Source: Caecitellus pseudoparvulus
Taxonomy: Eukaryota > Protista > Bigyra: Bicosoecida
DNA length: 64,000 nt
NCBI GenBank assembly: GCA_965644315.1
Contig: CBFFRQ010000054.1
Location: 374,948-438,947 of the forward strand
Reading direction: 5' to 3'
Notes under the pieces: model-generated
The model's database searches: none
The model's input: only the letters and a program-made list of their open reading frames with translations
Told to the model about the DNA's origin: nothing
Program-made: the position numbers and the translations under genes
Shown: piece by piece, positions 61,329 through 64,000 of the stretch
How the letters are laid out: every line of letters starts with the position of its first letter
Numbering within the stretch: position 1 is the first letter of the stretch

Positions 61329-63862
61329 ATGCAAGGCATGCCCCAGCCGTGGAGGCCGGGCGACGCCCAGCTCGGCAGCTCCCACAGCCACTCGGCATGG
61401 GACGGGGCACTGCTGTGGCCCACGGCAGAGGTGCTGGACGCAGTGCGGTCCCATGCCCTCAGCTGCGTCTCTGCGCCGACCACCCTGGCGCGGCTGCGCA
61501 TCCTGCTGGCGCTGCTGGTGGCCGAGTGGCAGCGCCAGACGCGGCGCTGCTGGCTCAAGCGCCGCGGCAGTTGGCGCGTTTCCCAGCCCTTGCCCGTGAC
61601 CTGCGAGCCGCCATCCCAGCCTGGGCACCGCACATGGTGCAGGGCGAAGAGGGGCCCGACGGTATGCCTGGTCGCCCGGCACAGCCGCCGCTCGCAGACG
61701 CAGGCTTGCCGGAAGCCGAGCTGGCCGCGACCCCTCGCGCGAGCTCTCCGACAGCCAGCCCCTCCTCCCTGCGCGATTGACGGGGCCGAGTTGCCAGTCG
61801 GCGCAGGCACCTTGACAAGCTCCATGCCTGCTCTGCCAGCCCACAACTTCACCCTGCCTCTGCACTCCTCCCCCAGCAGCGTGTTGGAGGGTGCGCCCAC
61901 GAGGCGGCGGCGTGAGCCGACGCCTTTCCCCCTCCTGCACACCCACACGGGGAGCAGAGCAGGCCTGCCAGCCCTCACACAGTCCCTGCACGCAAGCATG
62001 GGACCAGACAGGCGGCGGCTGCGGCGTGGCACGCACGGTGCGCCACCCACCCACCTCGGCACCCTCGCAGCCCATGTTGCAGATGGCGGCGGCAGAGTGG
62101 AGGCGGAGTCTCCGGGCCCCGGCGGGGTCGCTACCACGCCACGCCCTGCAGTGCCTGTCCCGCGGCAAGCAGGCCCATGGCATGTCGCGCCGCCGTCGCA
62201 CAGGCGACGCAGCAGCCGCCCCCACCCCGGCGCCGCTCCTTGCGGCCACGCTGTACACCAACACGCACCTGCGCCTGGCAGCGGGGCTGACACGGCGAGA
62301 GGTGCACGGGCACGCGACCACCCTGCGCCAGAGGAGGCCCCACAAACAGCGCTTCGGGGCAAGCACGGCCGCGCTGGGCAGCAGCGCCTCTGCGCCTGGG
62401 CTGCATTGGGAAGAGCAGGTGTCAGGTGGCGGCGGCAGCGCACCGTCGACTCACAGCTGTGGGAGGGCCCCGCCCCCGCCCATGGTGATGCTGCAGCAGC
62501 AGCACACACGCTCCTCACCGGTCTTGCGCTCGCCCGTGCTCAAGTCTGCCTTGGCTCGCCCAAGCAGCGCTCCCCGAGTCCAACCAAGCTCTGCCTTGGT
62601 TTGACGAAGGGGCGATGCCTCGGGCCGGCGCCACATGTCGCCGCCCCTCTCCCCCATCAGACGCCGCAGTAGCAGTAGACAGCTGAGCCCTCTCAGTGGA
62701 CGCAGTTTCGCTAGGCGGCAGCCGCCGATTTGGGCGCCCAGCAGCGGCGGCACTTCTGCCGCGCGCGTCGTGCAGCGGAATTGGCGCCTCATGCGGCAGT
62801 GGCGACAGGAGGGCAGGGATGCAGCGGAGGCTCGCCTTGTTTTCATGTGGAGCCCCCACAGCGCACGGCGACCAAGGGGCAGGTGCGCAAGGGCCTGGCG
62901 GGCATGAAGGCTGTCAAGACATCGCAAGACTCCTTGTTGAAGAAGCTGTCCTTCAAGTCAGGCGCAAGTGCCACAAGTGCCGACTCGTGGAAGCCCCCAA
63001 AGGCCAGAGACGCCGCAGAGGCAGAGGCAGCAGGGCCACACGGTGCCGATGCTGCACCCGACACTGACAGTGCGGAAGCCCCTTCCGCCTGTGCAGGAGA
63101 AGGGCGGCGGCGGTGGTCACGCTGGGAGGGGGCTAGCGGAGCACCCCACCCCCTCGACCACAGGCGCCGCCCCTCCGCACCTCCCTCTCCGCCGCACACC
63201 CAGACACGCGCACAGGGAGGGCGAGGGCGGCAGCGACGTGGCTGCACGCAGTCGCGCCCCGGCTGCTCGGCTGCGTGTGGACAGAGTTTGCGGATGCGGA
63301 GGACAGCCAGCCGGACACGGCACGGCCCTCCACCGCCCCGCCCCCGGCGCAGCTGCGCTGCAGGGAGATGCTGCTGCACGAGGAGGCGGACGAGGGGCTG
63401 GAGGGACGCGGGGGACGTCGCTGTGCGACCTGCCTCTGCCAAGGCGGCCCGTGCACTGGTCGGCGTGACAGCTTCTCCAGCGCTGTGGGACTGGCGCTGC
63501 CGGGGACTCACCACGGCGAGTCCAGCGACAGCTCGCTGGACCTGGACGCCTTGCCGTCCCTGCCACCTAGCGTGGCGCAGCGTCTGGCCAAGGCGCGGGG
63601 CGCTGGTAGCGACAGTGACAGTCTGGCACCTCTGGGCACTGTGAGGCACGCCCACAGGCGGCGGGTCGGTGGCCTCAGCACGCCAGGCTCGAGGGGCGGC
63701 AGCCGGCGCAAACGCTTCTCCCTGGCTGAGTACAAGGCGGGTGGCCTGTGCTGTCCCGCCCGAAGAGGGGGTGCTGGCGCTTTCCAGCAGCGCCTGGAGG
63801 CCTGGGAGCGCCGGCACGCCAGACACCCCGTCGCAGGGCAGCGGCGCCCCACAGGCGCCTGA
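61329..63862 (+). other. Probable coding region(s) of unknown product, fragmented
   Basis: Protein-like segments (LARLRILLALLVAEWQRQ; KTSQDSLLKKLSFKSG; ESSDSSLDLDALPSLPPSVAQRLAK) occur in shifting + frames; no family recognised. Confidence 0.3.
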
Positions 63863-64000
63863 GTGACAACAGCGAGTGCAGATGCCAGAGGCAAAGTTAT
63901 CACAATACAGAAAATTCCAAAACTCCAGGCCTGTAGTGTCGCGGCAATTCTTTCGTCGCAGTCAAGCGGCCGTGTGCTGCAGCTCGTCGCAGCGACGCCC

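Overview
This is GC-rich, very gene-dense eukaryotic nuclear DNA from a flagellated protist. A stramenopile-like lineage is my inference only. Introns are short GT-AG (about 55-75 nt) and intergenic gaps are often under 100 bp. In order, the window encodes: OFD1-like (partial), a divergent actin-related protein, outer-arm dynein gamma heavy chain, an EP400/SWR1/EAF1-like protein with an apparently dead SNF2 ATPase, PGM3, an alpha/beta hydrolase, GCDH, a strongly FMR1/FXR-like KH protein with a 45-bp tandem repeat, and RPS6. Next comes an accessory-looking block (about 32.3-38.8 kb): two inverted paralogous 38-aa ankyrin-variant genes (one with an in-frame TAA) enclosing a 2.7-kb low-GC island, an atypical tRNA-Lys(CTT) and a MerC-like membrane protein. 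The rest holds SRPK, a CENP-E-like kinesin, a WD40 plus bacterial mutarotase-like fusion, a bacterial-type HisRS, WDR82, acetyl-CoA synthetase, an EEP nuclease, an acylated LRR protein, GAR1, ERCC1 and unresolved ORFs. From about 49 kb onward, conserved genes carry increasing frameshifts, most likely sequencing or assembly indels. All family calls come from my recall of motifs; no search was run, and exon boundaries are approximate.
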